DNA from: Octopus sinensis | Taxonomy: Eukaryota | Assembly: GCF_006345805.1 (NCBI RefSeq) | Contig: NC_043012.1 | Span: 14,880,001-14,944,000 of the forward strand | DNA: 64,000 nucleotides | Direction of reading: 5' to 3' | In this document: positions 23,191 to 36,605 of the stretch, piece by piece | Layout of the letters: the number at the start of each line of letters is the position of its first letter | How positions within the stretch are numbered: position 1 is the first letter of the stretch | Notes under the pieces: generated by a model | The model's input: only the letters and a program-made list of their open reading frames with translations | Databases searched by the model: none | What the model was told of the DNA's origin: nothing | Position numbers and translations under genes: made by a program

Positions 23191-23863
23191 AAGATGCATT
23201 TTTCTCATCAAAACATCTCAAAAAGTTACCTTGTGTCCCAAACAAAGTCAGGCCTATATTATGTGCTTTAATACACTAAAAGTTCCTTTTTCCTCGGTAT
23301 ACGCTGCTGAAATTGAACTACGTTTAATATTCTCAAGTGTCCTTTATGCATCGAATACAGTTTATACTTTTTGTGTTTTTAACCTGAGTGGTAAGAGGCT
23401 TGCTTCCCAACCACATGGTTCCAGGTTCAGTCCCACTGTGTGGTACCTCAGACATTTAACTATAGCCTTGGGCCCACCAAAGCCTTTCCATTTTGCTAAT
23501 AACATTAGACCTTTCCCAAATATCACTCTCTTTTGCCTTAAAACAAGTTTATTCTCCAACCAATCCAGTCTATTAACAATAAATTGAACCAACAAGGTAG
23601 CTTATATTTGATTATTTGATGTCCTAAAAATAACAGCTAAGCCTCACTCAAATCACATATACCACCTTAAATATGCAAAGGACTGCATTAGACAATGTAG
23701 TCTTATAGATTTTTTGAAAAGACCACATGGCCACAACTGGAAAGCCTTTGATCCTAGCTTTGGTTGATTGAGGTTTAAAGGAACAACATTAACACTAAAC
23801 TAAGAATTGAATTTCTCTTGAAACATTTACAAAAAAAAAAAAGAAATTTAGTTTTCAGGCCTA

Positions 23864-24180
23864 TTCTCACCTATGATCATGAATGTTGGGTAATGACCAA
23901 AAGAGTATGATTGCAAATACAAGGGGCCAAAATTGGGTTCCACTGAAGGGTCTCTGGAATAACATTACTCGACAAGGTGTGTAACTTGGAGATCAGGGAA
24001 TCTCTCCAGGCTGAAATTCTGTTTCTCTACATTGAGAGGTCACAGTTCTGGTACTGCAGATGTATAATTAGAATGTCTTGGAAAGAATCACAAGATGGAT
24101 TCTTCAAGATGAGCCAATAGGCAGAAGATCTAAGGGCAGACCAAGAATGCGATGGTTGGATAGTATCCAGAATCACAGTT
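23864..24180 (+). mobile_element. RTE-clade LINE, degenerate C-terminal ORF fragment
   Basis: Translates as ILTYDHECWVMTKR..RVSGITLLDKVCNLEIRESL..IERSQ..GRRSKGRPRMRWLDSI, with stops and frameshifts. Confidence 0.85.
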
Positions 24181-26879
24181 AGTCACACCTAGGAATCCTG
24201 CTGAAAAGTATAATGACAATTGCTTCGGAGAGAACCCTTTGAAGTGCTTTAGGTCCCCCCCCCCATGTCCCTGCTAGGGATTGTGGGCAGAGATGGATTG
24301 AAACATCAGGCAAACGTTTCCCATTAAATTACACCTTATATACTGTGCCATTAAGCTATCTGTGATCTGCTTGCCTTTGTCAAGTTTGTTGTTTTAGGAA
24401 TTATGTTTTGGAGTATATAATCTCATCTAGCAAAGGTTTCTTTAATGCTTGTCTTGTTTAAGTAAAAAGTTCCCTCAATATTTTGACTTCATTTGTACTC
24501 AGTAGTTGTCCCTGTTGACACATTAGTTAGTAACTATGTTGCGGTGTTGTATTCCTGATCTGTAAGACATCAGTTCTACTTGCGTTACTACAACTGTATG
24601 TAAAGTCAGTATTTAAAATGGACCTTTTTGTTCTTTCACTGATCTCTGTCATTGAATTGTGGCCATACTGGGGCACCATTTTCTTGGGTTTAATTGATGA
24701 CTTTAGGAAAATTAAAAAGTAAAGTGGACCTGGGTGGTATTTGAGCTTTGAGTGTAAAAGGGCTGAACCAAATACTACAAGGTATTTTGTCTGACACTTT
24801 AATTCTGCCAGCAACCACCTGCAAAATACTTTATTAAAATGCATTTGGAAATGTCTGAATTTGCAGAACTGTCTAAACCACTTCTTGGAAAATAGGTCAA
24901 GAGGTAAAAGCTGGTCGGTGTTAACGTTTCCCAGCATCAGATACTATCATTCTCAAGTGGTGCTTAAATTCATTTCAGTAGGGGCTGAGTATTCAAACTA
25001 AAAATTACCCTCCTTAGAATATCATGCTGAAAGTTTCAAGGTAGGAGTGTTGGCCATTCTGGTCTTGTCATCAAAATTTAGGACACACCAAACTGAATTA
25101 AATACATGATTATATATAAAGTGCACGTTATCTAAATCCTGCAACTGGCGATATTTCATTTTAGTTTCTCTCATCTGATCTTGTCACTGTTTGAATTTTC
25201 TATGTAAAAGAATTTGTAATTACATTTATTCATGATATTTTGAGATAACTATTATGACTGTTAATATGTTCTTTTGTCATGTACCTTTAAATAATCTATT
25301 GTTTACATTCCATCTGTAAAATGTGAATGCATCTGTTGTTCAATGTATAACGACCTGGAATTCCTTGCCATTCACTGTCATGTGACCTTGTAACAATAGT
25401 GATAGGAATATATTCCTCACTCTATCGTTCTACAGAATTCTGATTCTATTTAATTTAGTTTCTGTTTTGTTTTCTCTTTGATTGACTTTCTAAAACTAAG
25501 CCTCTTTCATTGACTTCATGTCATATGGGTAGGTTTCTAAAACTCAGCTACTTTCTAACTACCAGTTAACATTTTAAGAATATGTAAACTACTCACCATC
25601 ATTAGTTCAATATCCACTTTACCATGCTTGCTCTTCCTTTTAAAGTCTAACCAAATATTTCGGTATGTAACTGGAACTGGCCATTTATGATTTTGTCAGA
25701 ACTTTTTTAATTGCCATTTTAAAGAGTTCCCAAAGCAGAGTATAACTAACATAAATTATGTTTAATGAAACCCTTCCTATTATCATAATATTCATATTAT
25801 TATGGTTCAGTTATACCTTTGCAATCTACTTGATCTGCAAATGTTTCTGTTCCTTTCAATTAGCCAATCTCAACATTCAGAAAATTGAAACTCTTAATTA
25901 ATTGAAATTGTATTAAAAAGAAACAACTTCTCATAATTTTACATCTGAGGAAAGGAAAATCTCATTTGCTTCTAATGTGAAATATCTGTCATTATGACAT
26001 CATGTTATTTCATTTTCATCCTTGAAATCCAAATAAAGTAGAATTATGCCCGTTTTCCATATCTTGCTTATAAATTTGTTTATCTTTTCTTTTCAATGGT
26101 TACAGGTATGATTAGTTGAAGCAGCCATTTTATTTATGCTACTGATGCTCTAGGAAGAACAATAAATATAACAGCTTCTTATTTTCCTTTCCTGTAATGC
26201 TGAGCTCTGACTTGGTAGAAGCCCACAAGATTATCCACCATTTTCCCAACAACCTTGATCCCCTTTTTGAATTTAATATTTCTGTTACCCATGGATACAT
26301 TTGGTCAACCTGAGGCTATAGTATTTTTGAGTTTTAAGTTTCATTTTTTATGATTGTAGGCAAATCAGTTGATGCTAAGCAGTCTGATCACAAACATTTA
26401 GATCAAAAATATCAAATTGATATAAACCTTTTTAGATACAAAAATAGACAATAAGAAAAACTGTAGCAGAAACTTCCTGAATGTCAGAGCATCTAACATT
26501 TCTCTACAGATGTAGAAACCTGAGGCTAATTCTACTTTGTTTGTTTTTCAAAACATTGCTTGATTCTAGGAAAACAGGAATGGTGACTGAAAGAGTAGGA
26601 CAGGTTGCTGTTAGAAGATCCATCCTAACCACAGGATATTATGCCTGTTGCATGAGGAACTCTACAGCCAGATATATGTTCATAGACTGTGTGTCAGTGG
26701 ATAGAAATGGAATCTACCAATATCTGGAAGTCTTATGAACAAGAATTTGGTTGGATAAGGCAAGCCTTATGTGAAAACTTCAAAGTTTGTAGCAAAGTCA
26801 GGAAACTAGATAGAAGATGATGGTGGAAGATTAAATAAATGAAAGAAATCTAGTAAGAATTTCTTTGAATGCTACTACA

Positions 26880-27256
26880 TTAGCTTGTCTTGTTTAAGTA
26901 AAAGCTCCCTCAATGTTTGAACTTCATTTGCATATACAGCTGTGTGCGTGCGCACATACACGCGAGTACTGTCCAAATCTCCGACCAATCACATGCAGCT
27001 AGCTGGCATTCAATTGGCATATCAAGTTTCGCGCATTTTGATTGGGTTTTGGATAGAAAATTCACAAAAAAAGTCACTTCTATTGATTTTTTAATGGCTT
27101 TGCGGGGTGACTGGGGAAATGTAAAGATGTGCACGACCACCCTTGGATGGTTTTGAATGACCATAGAAAGTGCGAGCCCTCTAACTGAAAAATTGTGGAT
27201 TTGTATAAAGGACACACACACACAGACAGACATCTTGCCATTTATATATATAGAGA
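26880..27256 (-). mobile_element. Non-autonomous Helitron (third family)
   Basis: A|TCTCTATATATAT 5' end on the minus strand, internal (TG)/(TCTG) microsatellite, degenerate CTAG end. A related 3' fragment lies near 24445-24500. Confidence 0.6.
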
Positions 27257-27481
27257 TTTGTACATATTGTTGATACATTAGTAAGTAATTGTGTTACAGC
27301 ATTAGATTCTTGAATGAAAGAATCAGCACATATGCTGAGCTTTGATAACCTTAGGAGGCCTAGCATAGATACGGGGACCACATGAAGAGGTCTTTAATTA
27401 AGAAACAACAACAAATCTATAATTATAAACACAAGCAGTATGATTAAAGCTCTTAATTTCTATTGCTTAACTGTCTTACAG

Positions 27482-27514
27482 GGAATGGATATGTGTTGTA
27501 GTTACTTGGTGGGC
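27482..27514 (+). CDS. Candidate 33-nt symmetric exon (phase 0: GMDMCCSYLVG)
   Basis: Branch-like CTTAAC plus ctgtcttacag acceptor and gtgagt donor; open in two frames. May be non-coding or chance. Confidence 0.3.
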
Positions 27515-28544
27515 GTGAGTTTAACTTGTAGTTCATTCAATTTCTCTCTCTCTCTCTTTGTCTCTTTGTGTGTATATGTAAAAGGGTCCTGAAAGTGTAT
27601 AAAACTGGAGTATTTCCAATGTAGTACTTATTTTGAGCTTCTGACTATCTACATTCTCAAATTAGAATTTTGAGGAAGATTGAAGTTCCACTGTTGTAGA
27701 GAATCCAGGCACATTTCTGTTAAATTCAATTTGTGGGTCTTATGAAGATTAATATGTAATCCAAAAAAGATGATGAAGAAAGAGTTTAGCTCATTTTTAA
27801 CCATTGGTTACAATTATTTTGGTACCGCTCCTTTTTTTAATACCATTATACATAAATATTTCATGAGGAAAGTTGTGTAATATTTGTGGTGTTTTTTTTT
27901 TCCTTCATTAGTGGCATTTCATCAGCCTTGCATCAAAAGATTCACTCTTATATTGGCATAATGTTCACATGGTTGGGAAGCAAACTTAATCACAGAGCCA
28001 CACCTATTCTGGTTCAAGAGGAATGAGAAAGCAGCATTACAAGCCAGAGAATAAATAATTAATCCAAGAATATTCCTGATATGGACAGCAGAATGAGAAC
28101 AATCTACTCCTGTGGATTTAATAAAGTATTAGGATAGGAAAAATTCCAAGGACATTTCTGAATGCATGAGAGCCCTTGAAGAAGAATGGAAGGGACAACA
28201 ACCAAAATGTTGTAACTATAACAGCTGGGATGCAGCTACTAGTTTGAATAGATAAGTGTATAATAAAGGCTGTAATAGTTAAGTGACTATTTCTATAAAT
28301 AACTGAATGCTGTTTATTACTATTTATACATGTGTAGGGGGCATAGAAGGGGTTTTCATTGTTTGAAATTACTATGTTGGATTAAATGTTTACTTGTTCT
28401 CTGCATATTGATCAAAGTTATTTAGATAAAAGAGAAAATGGAAAACTGTGTCCAGACACACTCAGTTTGCTGTGATTTTACCACTGCTTTATACTGACTG
28501 ATGTTATATTTGTCTTTGCATTATACAGTAGAATATATAGGGTG

Positions 28545-28775
28545 GGGAGCTGGCAGAATGGTTAGTGCACGCTGGGCAAAATGCTTAACGGTATTTTTCT
28601 GCCGCTACGTTCTGAGTTCAAATTCCACTGAGGTCAACTTTGCCTTTCATCCTTTTGGGGTCGATTAAATAAGTACCAGTTACGCACTGGGGTCGATACA
28701 ATCGACTTAATCCCTTTGTCTCTCCTTGTTTGTCCCCTCTATGTTTAGCCCCTTAAAGTAGTAAAGAAATAAGAG
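28545..28775 (+). mobile_element. SINE family B
   Basis: GGTGGGGAGCTGGCAGAA head to AGTAGTAAAGAAA tail. Confidence 0.85.
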
Positions 28776-29727
28776 TTGTTAGTGCACCACACTGGCTGCT
28801 TCACAGTATTTTGTCTGTCTTTAGATTCTCAGTTCGAATTCTGCTGTGGTTGAATTTGCTTTTCATCCTTTAGGGACCGATAAAATAAGTACCAGTTGAG
28901 CACTGGGGTTGATGCAATCGACTTACCCCCTACTCCAAACATGCTGGCCTTGTGCCAAAATTTGAAACCATTATAAAGCATAATTGTTAGCATACCAGAC
29001 AAACAGAGGCACACAAATATATACATATATGTGTGTATATATATATATTAATTATTTATTAATTTATATGTATGTATGGAGTGTTAGGTGTGATGTATGG
29101 AAATTGAATATTGAGAAGGAAAGGCGTGAGAATTTTGGAAAAAATCTTTATTTCTTCATATACGCTATGGGCTTCTTTCAGTGTCTATCTACCTAATCCA
29201 CTCGCAACGCTTTGGTTGGCCCGGGGCTGTAGTAGAAGACACTTGTCCAAGGTGCCACGCAGTGGGACTGAACCCGGAAACGGCCACTCCTGCGCCTTGT
29301 GTATGTATACACATACACACTCACACACATTTACACGCACCCACACATATATTTACACACACACACAGTGGAAGGGGAATAATACCGAAGATAGAGTAAC
29401 ACGCTTTTTTATTTATGCTTTTTGCAGCTTTGATAAAAAAAAAGTACACACACGCACACACGTATCCATGCGTGTGTACCATTGTTTGTTTCCGCCACCG
29501 TTTGACATCCGGTGTTGGTTTGTTTACGTCCCCGTAACCTCGCTGTTCGGCAAAAGAAGTGTATGGAATCGATTTATTATTAGACTAAATGTTTGAAAGC
29601 AATGCCTCAAACGTGTCTATAGTCGAAAGACTGAAATGAATTGTTAAAAAAAAATTAAAGATAGATAAGATATCCATGTCATTCTCGCAAATTAATTTTT
29701 AGCCTTGTCAATTGAAGTCGGGGCTAT

Positions 29728-29853
29728 GTCACGTGACCCGTTCGTTGTGAAGCATCGAAATGTGGTTGGGTGGTGCGAGTGGTGAGAGTTACCTGCCCCT
29801 GCGCATGAGGATCTGCTCTGAGCGGAAGTTGTCAGAATGGAAGCGAAAATGGC
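29728..29853 (+). promoter_or_regulatory. Promoter motif cluster of the RIM/Piccolo-like gene
   Basis: CpG-retaining segment with GTCACGTGAC (29728-29737, E-box/CLEAR palindrome), TGCGCATG (29800-29807, NRF1-like), GCGGAAGT (29822-29829, ETS) and AAAATGGC (29846-29853, YY1-like). Confidence 0.65.
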
Positions 29854-29953
29854 AGCTGGAGACAAAAACAATTTACCTTATGCATTGCCTGATCTTTCGG
29901 CGCTTACGGAAGCCGAAAAGCTTCAGGTGATGGCAGTTGTACAGCGAGCCAAG
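29837..29953 (+). CDS. Coding exon 1 of a RIM/Piccolo/Fife-family (Rab-binding N-terminus) protein
   Basis: MEAKMAAGDKNNLPYALPDLSALTEAEKLQVMAVVQRAK followed by the AAG|gtaggt donor (phase 0). The PDLS-LTE-E---V-AV--R motif matches the RIM/Piccolo/Slp N-terminal helix. Confidence 0.85.
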
Positions 29954-31071
29954 GTAGGTGAAAACCAAGAATATCATTATCCTATTCGATTCGTGTAAAT
30001 CGTTCCTTATCAAAGGCTAAGTAATCCCGTGCTGCTGTAATTTTCTTTCTCTCTCTCCCATGAAATTCTCCCGTTCTTTGCAGGATTCTTTTACCGTCTA
30101 ATTAATATCACCTGCTTTTTTCATTTTATTTATAAACATTGATAATGTTTAGTATTTTTGGTATTATCTTTTGTTTTGCTTTTTGTGTTCCATTCCGACC
30201 CATTCCTATCCGTTGATCGCTGGTAGCTCTGATCATTCCGTGCTACTCATTATTAATAAAACGCATTCTCCTTTCGTCCAGCATTTATGGAAACGAATGA
30301 TTTCTGATGTGTAAATTGCTTGATGGAATTCTTGGAAAGCTAAATGCGTAAATCAAATGTTCGGTGATGCTTATATCTCCGACCGTTTGTTGTTCTCCAT
30401 CTGCCCCTCCTCCACTTCGTTCCTCGCAGACAACAATTTTGCTGTCAACACATTCAAAAGTCGCCTCATTACGACTGCAAACAGAAATTTCACAATCTTT
30501 CATTATTCCACTAACTTTTTCACCAATTGTCCAAATACTTCGAAGCTGTCCTTTATTTTCTGCTTCACATTTATTCTCAACTTAGTTTTTTGTTTCAAGA
30601 TAAATTTTACTACCGAAGCTAATTTATGTATTGAGAAGTCAGATGTTTACTTCATGATATCCTATTGGAAGTTTATAGACCCATCAAATCACTATTACCA
30701 TCATCATAATTTCTATCACCATACTACTATTACTACTTACATTATTGGTCGTGAAAAGATTTTTTTTTTTCCGCTTTTTTTCTCATGCATATTTTCGTTG
30801 TTTCTTTGCTCTACACAACTTGCGATATAATTCTTAGTCTGCTTCTATCGATGCGCTCCAATTAGTCTTCTGCTAAGATCTACTCTGTCGCACACATTTC
30901 TTTCTCTATTCATTTTTTTTCCCTGTGTAGTTAATGTGATTGTACCTCTTACTGGTCATATATGGTTTTGTTGTTTAACTCCCACCCCACATCAAGTCAG
31001 TATTGCTGATCGTGCAAACCGATGATCGAAGACGTTCTATCCGTGACCATCTCGTAATATAGTGCATTTGC

Positions 31072-31111
<40 letters not shown>

Positions 31112-32225
31112 TGATAAATAAAAATATATGCATACATACAAACATATATGTACGTACCTACATCTACATGTATATATACATGCATATGTATATATATAAT
31201 GACGTTAGTGTATGATCTGAGAGAATGTTGCTGCTGTTTCTAGCAGTCGAGCTACCACAGAAACGCCTTCATTGGTTTTGACTAATAGTGTTTATTTATT
31301 CAGTTTAGACGGAAACTGGTACTGAATAGCACAAACAGACTGTCTAGTCTCTCAGCTTTACTAAATCCATCCATTCATTCATTATAAAACACATCACTTT
31401 CCTTTCTCTCTCTCGCATATTCAATTATCTACTGATTACCACAAAACTTTTCTTATTAACAATTAAATTTGATAAAAATCCAGACGATTAGTTATTTGAT
31501 AATCAAAATATACTTTTGTTTTTACATTTATTTATCGATTGAAATTAAAGGGAAACTTCATTATTACCATCGTTTTTCTGCTGCTAGGCGGGTTTTTTTA
31601 ATTTTTTTAAGTATATTGTTTAGTGGTAAGCAGTTGCGTTTAATTAACATCTATACTTTCTAATATCACTACTTATTAATTCTTTAATGAAACTGTCAGT
31701 GTTGATTTGTAAAGAGAACATGGATTACTAATGTTAAATTGAATAACTGCAATAAACGTAGCGTGAAATATTTCGCTGTAATTAATCTGTGTGTAATATG
31801 AATAAATATTATTAAGGAAGTTATTGCGGATTATTTTTGAATGCTTCAACTTTAGATGTCTGATCTAAGAAATGAGTCATTAATTCTTGAGAATATTTTT
31901 ATTTTTGTAGATCGTGACTAAGTGGGTGCTATATTCATTTTATTTACATATTAATTATAGATGTCAGTTGTTGAACCGAGAAGGATTTTTAGCTATTCAG
32001 TATTTTCTTTTTTGTAGTCTTTGAACTGGTTCAATCAGCAATCTTTTTCTCTGTTATCGCTAAAGATTTCGAGGCCCTGTTAGGAATTGAACTTGCGACA
32101 TGACAATTAGGAACAGATTGAATGAACTGGAAACTGATTGGCTGAAATTCTGTACAAATCAAAATAAAAAGCACAAAGAATTTTGGGGAAATATATTTCG
32201 TATAAGGAACTTCAATCTTTTATCT

Positions 32226-32621
32226 GTTACTTGTTTCAGTCGGCCATGCTGGAGCAGCACCTTGAAGAATTTTTAATCAAATTAATCACCTCCAGTACTT
32301 TTTTTTTTAAAGCCTAGTACTTATTCTATCGGTTTCTTTTGCTGAACCGCAAAGTTACGGGAACAAACACACCAGCACTGGTTGCCAAGTGGTGATGGTG
32401 GTGGTGGTGGGAGACAAACACAGGTACAAAGGCACACACACATATATATATATACATATATACGACTTCTTTCAGTTTCCGTCTACCAAATCCACTCAAA
32501 AGGCTTTGGTCAGCCTGAGGCTATAGCAGAAGACACTTACCCAAGGTGCCACGCAGTGGGACTGAACCCGGAACCGTGTGGTTGGGAAGCAAACTTCTTT
32601 CCACACAGCAACACCTGTGCC
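32226..32621 (-). mobile_element. SINE family A
   Basis: Full-length reverse complement. Confidence 0.85.
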
Positions 32622-33675
32622 TATGTTCTAAAATATTTTCAAAAATAATTTTACAATAAGTATTCCGTGACAAAACTATTGTTCAGCAGAACTACAAGTT
32701 GTATGGTGGTTCAATAAACCAGTGCCGTTAAAGAGGATTCATTCATAAAACATATTTCTAAATTATTTTTGTACTCGGCATATTTATTTGTTTACTTGAG
32801 TATAGTGCAGTTTTGAATATAATGTCACCTTTTGCCTTTTGTATATTTAAAAAAAAAATATTTATGTAATTTTGGCCTTGGTGCTTTTGTATTGAATTTC
32901 TTGCCTTACACATAAGTAAATGCAGTATGTTAACATTGTGTGAATGTGAACTTGCACAGGTGTTCAACTAATGCAAGCAAGGTAAAACAAATGCTTACTA
33001 TATGTTCAATGGACACTTAGCAAGTTATTATTATTATTTTTTTTTTTTTGCAATTATAAAATGAAAAATAGTAATATGTATAAATTTGCATAGATATGAA
33101 TATTTATATAATTATAAATAAATGTAGATTATATCGTTATAGATAATTATAATTTTGAGGGGATTCAATATTATTCGCTAGTTAACTGCAACAGCAAATG
33201 TATGCTGTACTTGTATTTAGGGGGAGAATAGAGGACATAAATCAATTTTGTTAACAATTAACATTTAATAAGTACATTCATTGTACAACTCTATCATACT
33301 AGTTTAAGCAGTCAGTTTGCACTATATTGTCAAACCATTTTTATAGTATTCTAAAGGATTGGAAATCAATCTCTGATTGTTTGTGCATTTACAAAGGATT
33401 AACAGAATTAGTGGATCAGTTATGTTAATTACCTGACCTAATTAACTCTAAAGGTAGTTCATATTAAGCGCAGAGGTTCTGATTTGATGAATGATTTAAA
33501 ACATTTCTGTTTGTATAGAGGATATCTGTTTACATTTAACGAACTTTGCTAGGCATCTTAATGACACCAGCATCATATATGAATGGGGTACTTTGACAGT
33601 AACTGTAGCTAGATAAGTTAGCATGGTTACTCTAAGCACTGATAAAATATCAGTGCTTCAATTCTCCAGCTAAGG

Positions 33676-33804
33676 CAGTGTTTCTCAACCTTTTTACCCT
33701 TGTGTAGCCCTTAAAATAAATTGCATGTCTCAAGGAACCCCTGCACAAAAAAAAATTATATACCGTATCTTTCTCAATTATTTTTCATCGTAGTTCATGT
33801 GGTA

Positions 33805-33862
<58 letters not shown>

Positions 33863-34051
33863 CTGGTGGTTATATTTTTTGATAACATAATAGGTTAGAT
33901 AGGATGATGTTTATATTACAATAACCAATAATATGTTGTGCGTGTATAGTAATATTATGATCATGGAATTAGCATTAGCTTATCTCACTCTTTCTCACGG
34001 AACCCCTAGGAACCTTTTGTGGAACCCAGAGGTTCCAGTTGAGAAATGCTG
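33676..34051. mobile_element. hAT/Charlie-like MITE with internal (TA)n(TG)n
   Basis: CAGTGTTTCTCAAC ... GTTGAGAAATGCTG termini; TSD not preserved. Confidence 0.7.
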
Positions 34052-34224
34052 CTCTGATGTATTTAGTATCTACTGACTCAATCTGCCTAGCTCTAAATTG
34101 TTATCATGGTGAGGTATTGGCATTAGTAGACTGGAAGTTTGCAGTGCAGAGTTCAAATCTTAATGGGCTTATACATATGATAAACCAGGTTTATTACATC
34201 ATTATCACATCAAAATCAAATTCA

Positions 34225-34680
34225 ATGACTGGCGTCTGTGCTAGTGGGGTGCAAAGAGCACCATACGAGTGTGATCATTGACAGAGCGGCTAACCGGTTT
34301 CCATGCCAGTGGCACTTAAAAGGCACCATTCAAGCGTGATTGTTACCAGCGTCGCCTTACTGGCACTTGAGCCCCGTGCTAGTAGAGCACCATCCGAGCG
34401 TGATCGTTACCAGCATCACCTTACTGGTACCTGTGCCGGTGGCATGTGTAAAAGATTCGAGCGAGGTCGTTGCCAGTACCGCCTGACTGGCCCCTTTGCC
34501 GGTGGCGCGTAAAAAGCACCCACTACACTCTCGGAGTGGTTGGTGTTAGGAAGGGCATCCAGCTGTAGAAACTCTGCCAGATCAAGATTGAAGCCTGGTG
34601 CAGCCATCTGGTTTGCCAGTCCTCAGTCATTCGTCCAACCCATGCTAGCATGGAAAGCGGACGTTAAACGATGATGATGA
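34225..34680 (+). mobile_element. SINE family C, long copy with internal tandem subrepeats
   Basis: Repeated CGTTACCAGCGTCGCCTTACTGGCAC-type units, ending CATGCTAGCATGGAAAGCGGACGTTAAACGATGATGATGA. Confidence 0.8.
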
Positions 34681-35059
34681 TTATGTTAAAATAGATTTAA
34701 CGTAATAACTGTTTGACAGAGAATTGAGGAAACCAAAAGTGGATTGTATATGTTTTTTTTTTTGTGTTTTTCATATGATTACTGAACCCTGTGTGGTTAA
34801 AAAATTTAATGAATGGAAAGTAGATTCGAATTGACATAGAAGAATTAAAACCAAGAAAGTGTTTTTAGATGAACAAGAGATCAATACAGTACACTTGTGT
34901 AGTAATGTTATGACTAAGTGGAAGGCGGCAAGTTGGCAGAATCTTTAAGATGCCAGGCGAAATGCTGAGCGGCATTTCATCCATCTATATACTCTGAGTT
35001 GAAATTTCACTGAGATCAACTTTGCCTTTCATCCATTCATGGTCAATAAAATAAGTACC

Positions 35060-35272
35060 TATTTCTTTACTACCCACAAGGGGCTAAACACGGCGGGGAC
35101 AAACAAGGACAGACAATCTGATTAAATCGATTATATCGACCCCAGTGCGTAACTGGTACTTATTTAATCAACCTCGGTGGAATTTGAACTCAGAACATAG
35201 CAGCAGACGAAATACCGATAAGCATTTCATCCACCACGCTAATGCTTCTGCCAACTCGCCGAAATAATTTTA
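35060..35272 (-). mobile_element. SINE family B nested in another family B copy
   Basis: Reverse-complement family B; host AATAAGTACC is repeated around it. Confidence 0.75.
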
Positions 35273-35615
35273 AAAAATAAGTACCAGTGGAGCACTAGGG
35301 TTGATGTAATCAACTTATCCCCCTCCCCCCAAATTTCTGGCCTTGTGTCAAAATTTGAAACCATTATTATGACTAAATGGCTAAATTAGTAGTGAGTGAA
35401 ACAACCAAGTGAAGAAAATTCTACATTCTACAAAATAGCAGAGGGAGGACTAAAAGACTAGATGAAACAGTTTAGTCACTTGGTCGGTACTTACATCATT
35501 GTAAATGGTAATGAAAGTAAATATTTGTGTCATGCCAGGCACTAGTGTGATAAAGTACTTTGTTTCCTCACTGTTATATATTTTGAGATGTCCAATGAAG
35601 TTAATCAGCCCTATT

Positions 35616-35919
35616 GTTGTTAGTTCCTTCTTGAGCCATGCCTGGCTCATAAGGGTCGGTTTCCCGGTTTCTTGGCGTATAGGTTCCCCACTTGGACAGG
35701 ACGCCGGTCCATCGCAGGTGAGGTGCAAGATGCAGGAGGAAAGAGTGAGAGAAAGTCGTGGCAAAAGAGTCAGCAGAAGTTTTGCCATTACCTTCTGCCG
35801 GAGCCGCGTGAAGTTTAGGTGTTTCGCTCATAAACACACACATCATCCGATCTGAGATTCGAACCTGCGATCCCTCGACCGCGAGTCCCTGCTCTAACCA
35901 CTAGGCCATGTGCCTCTGC
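35616..35919 (-). mobile_element. SINE family D
   Basis: 13-bp TSD AATCAGCCCTATT at 35603-35615 and 35920-35932; homolog of 3585-3901. Confidence 0.92.
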
Positions 35920-36315
35920 AATCAGCCCTATTAAGATCAGATACTTATTCCTATTGGTTATACAAATGAAAAGAAAGAATTAAATATTCTGCTTGACAGT
36001 CACCAAGTGTAAAAATTCTTCCAGGTACTTCAAATCAACAAAGTGGTTAGTTCTGGAAGTTTTCCAGAGCACTTTTGAGCTACATTTCATTGCCTCTAAT
36101 GCTTCAATATTTTGTTCGTTAGGAATGTACCCCGACCTATGGAAGTTTGCAACAGTGTTTTTCCATCTCCAAAACTAACTCATGTCTTTTATTTTGTCAA
36201 CTTTCAACATCTCAAAGCTAATGCATGTAATCATAAACAACCCCAAATATACTTTTGTGATTAGTCAAAATCTACAAAAGATAACCACTGAAGTGTGTCT
36301 GGCCCAATATACTAT

Positions 36316-36605
36316 ACATGAGGAATATTTGAAGGAAGCAATTGCCCCAGCTCCCCTTCAGGGTTGGCGAAAGCGATGTGGTGGACAATGAAAAACCTGG
36401 CTGATGACGGTCAAGGCTGATCTGGAACCCAACCTAGGCCCCTATATCTACAGCATTCGCCGCTGGCATAAGGAGTGGTTGGAGATCACGTGGTCGTTAG
36501 CCTCAGATCGCCAGGCCTGGTCGGCGTTTGTGAGAGATGCAGCATTGAGGATGAATGAAGCCAGCTCAACCCACCCCGGGTGAATGCTGTAAGAAGAAGA
36601 AGAAG
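36316..36605 (+). mobile_element. 5'-truncated RTE LINE 3' end with (AAG)n tail
   Basis: Translates as APLQGWRKRCGGQ*KTWLMTVKADLEPNLGP..LASDRQAWSAFVRDA. 10-bp TSD AATATACTAT at 36306-36315 and 36606-36615. Confidence 0.9.

Noticed and set aside
30357-30830. 157-aa ORF and opposite-strand 72-aa ORF in intron 1
   Set aside because: Low-complexity F/I/T-rich translation without motifs or splice support; the CpG content is explained by promoter proximity.
36405-36430. CTGATGA resembling a hammerhead core (also at 53938 and 53965)
   Set aside because: Part of the RTE coding sequence (WLMT); no stem II, GAAA or stem I.
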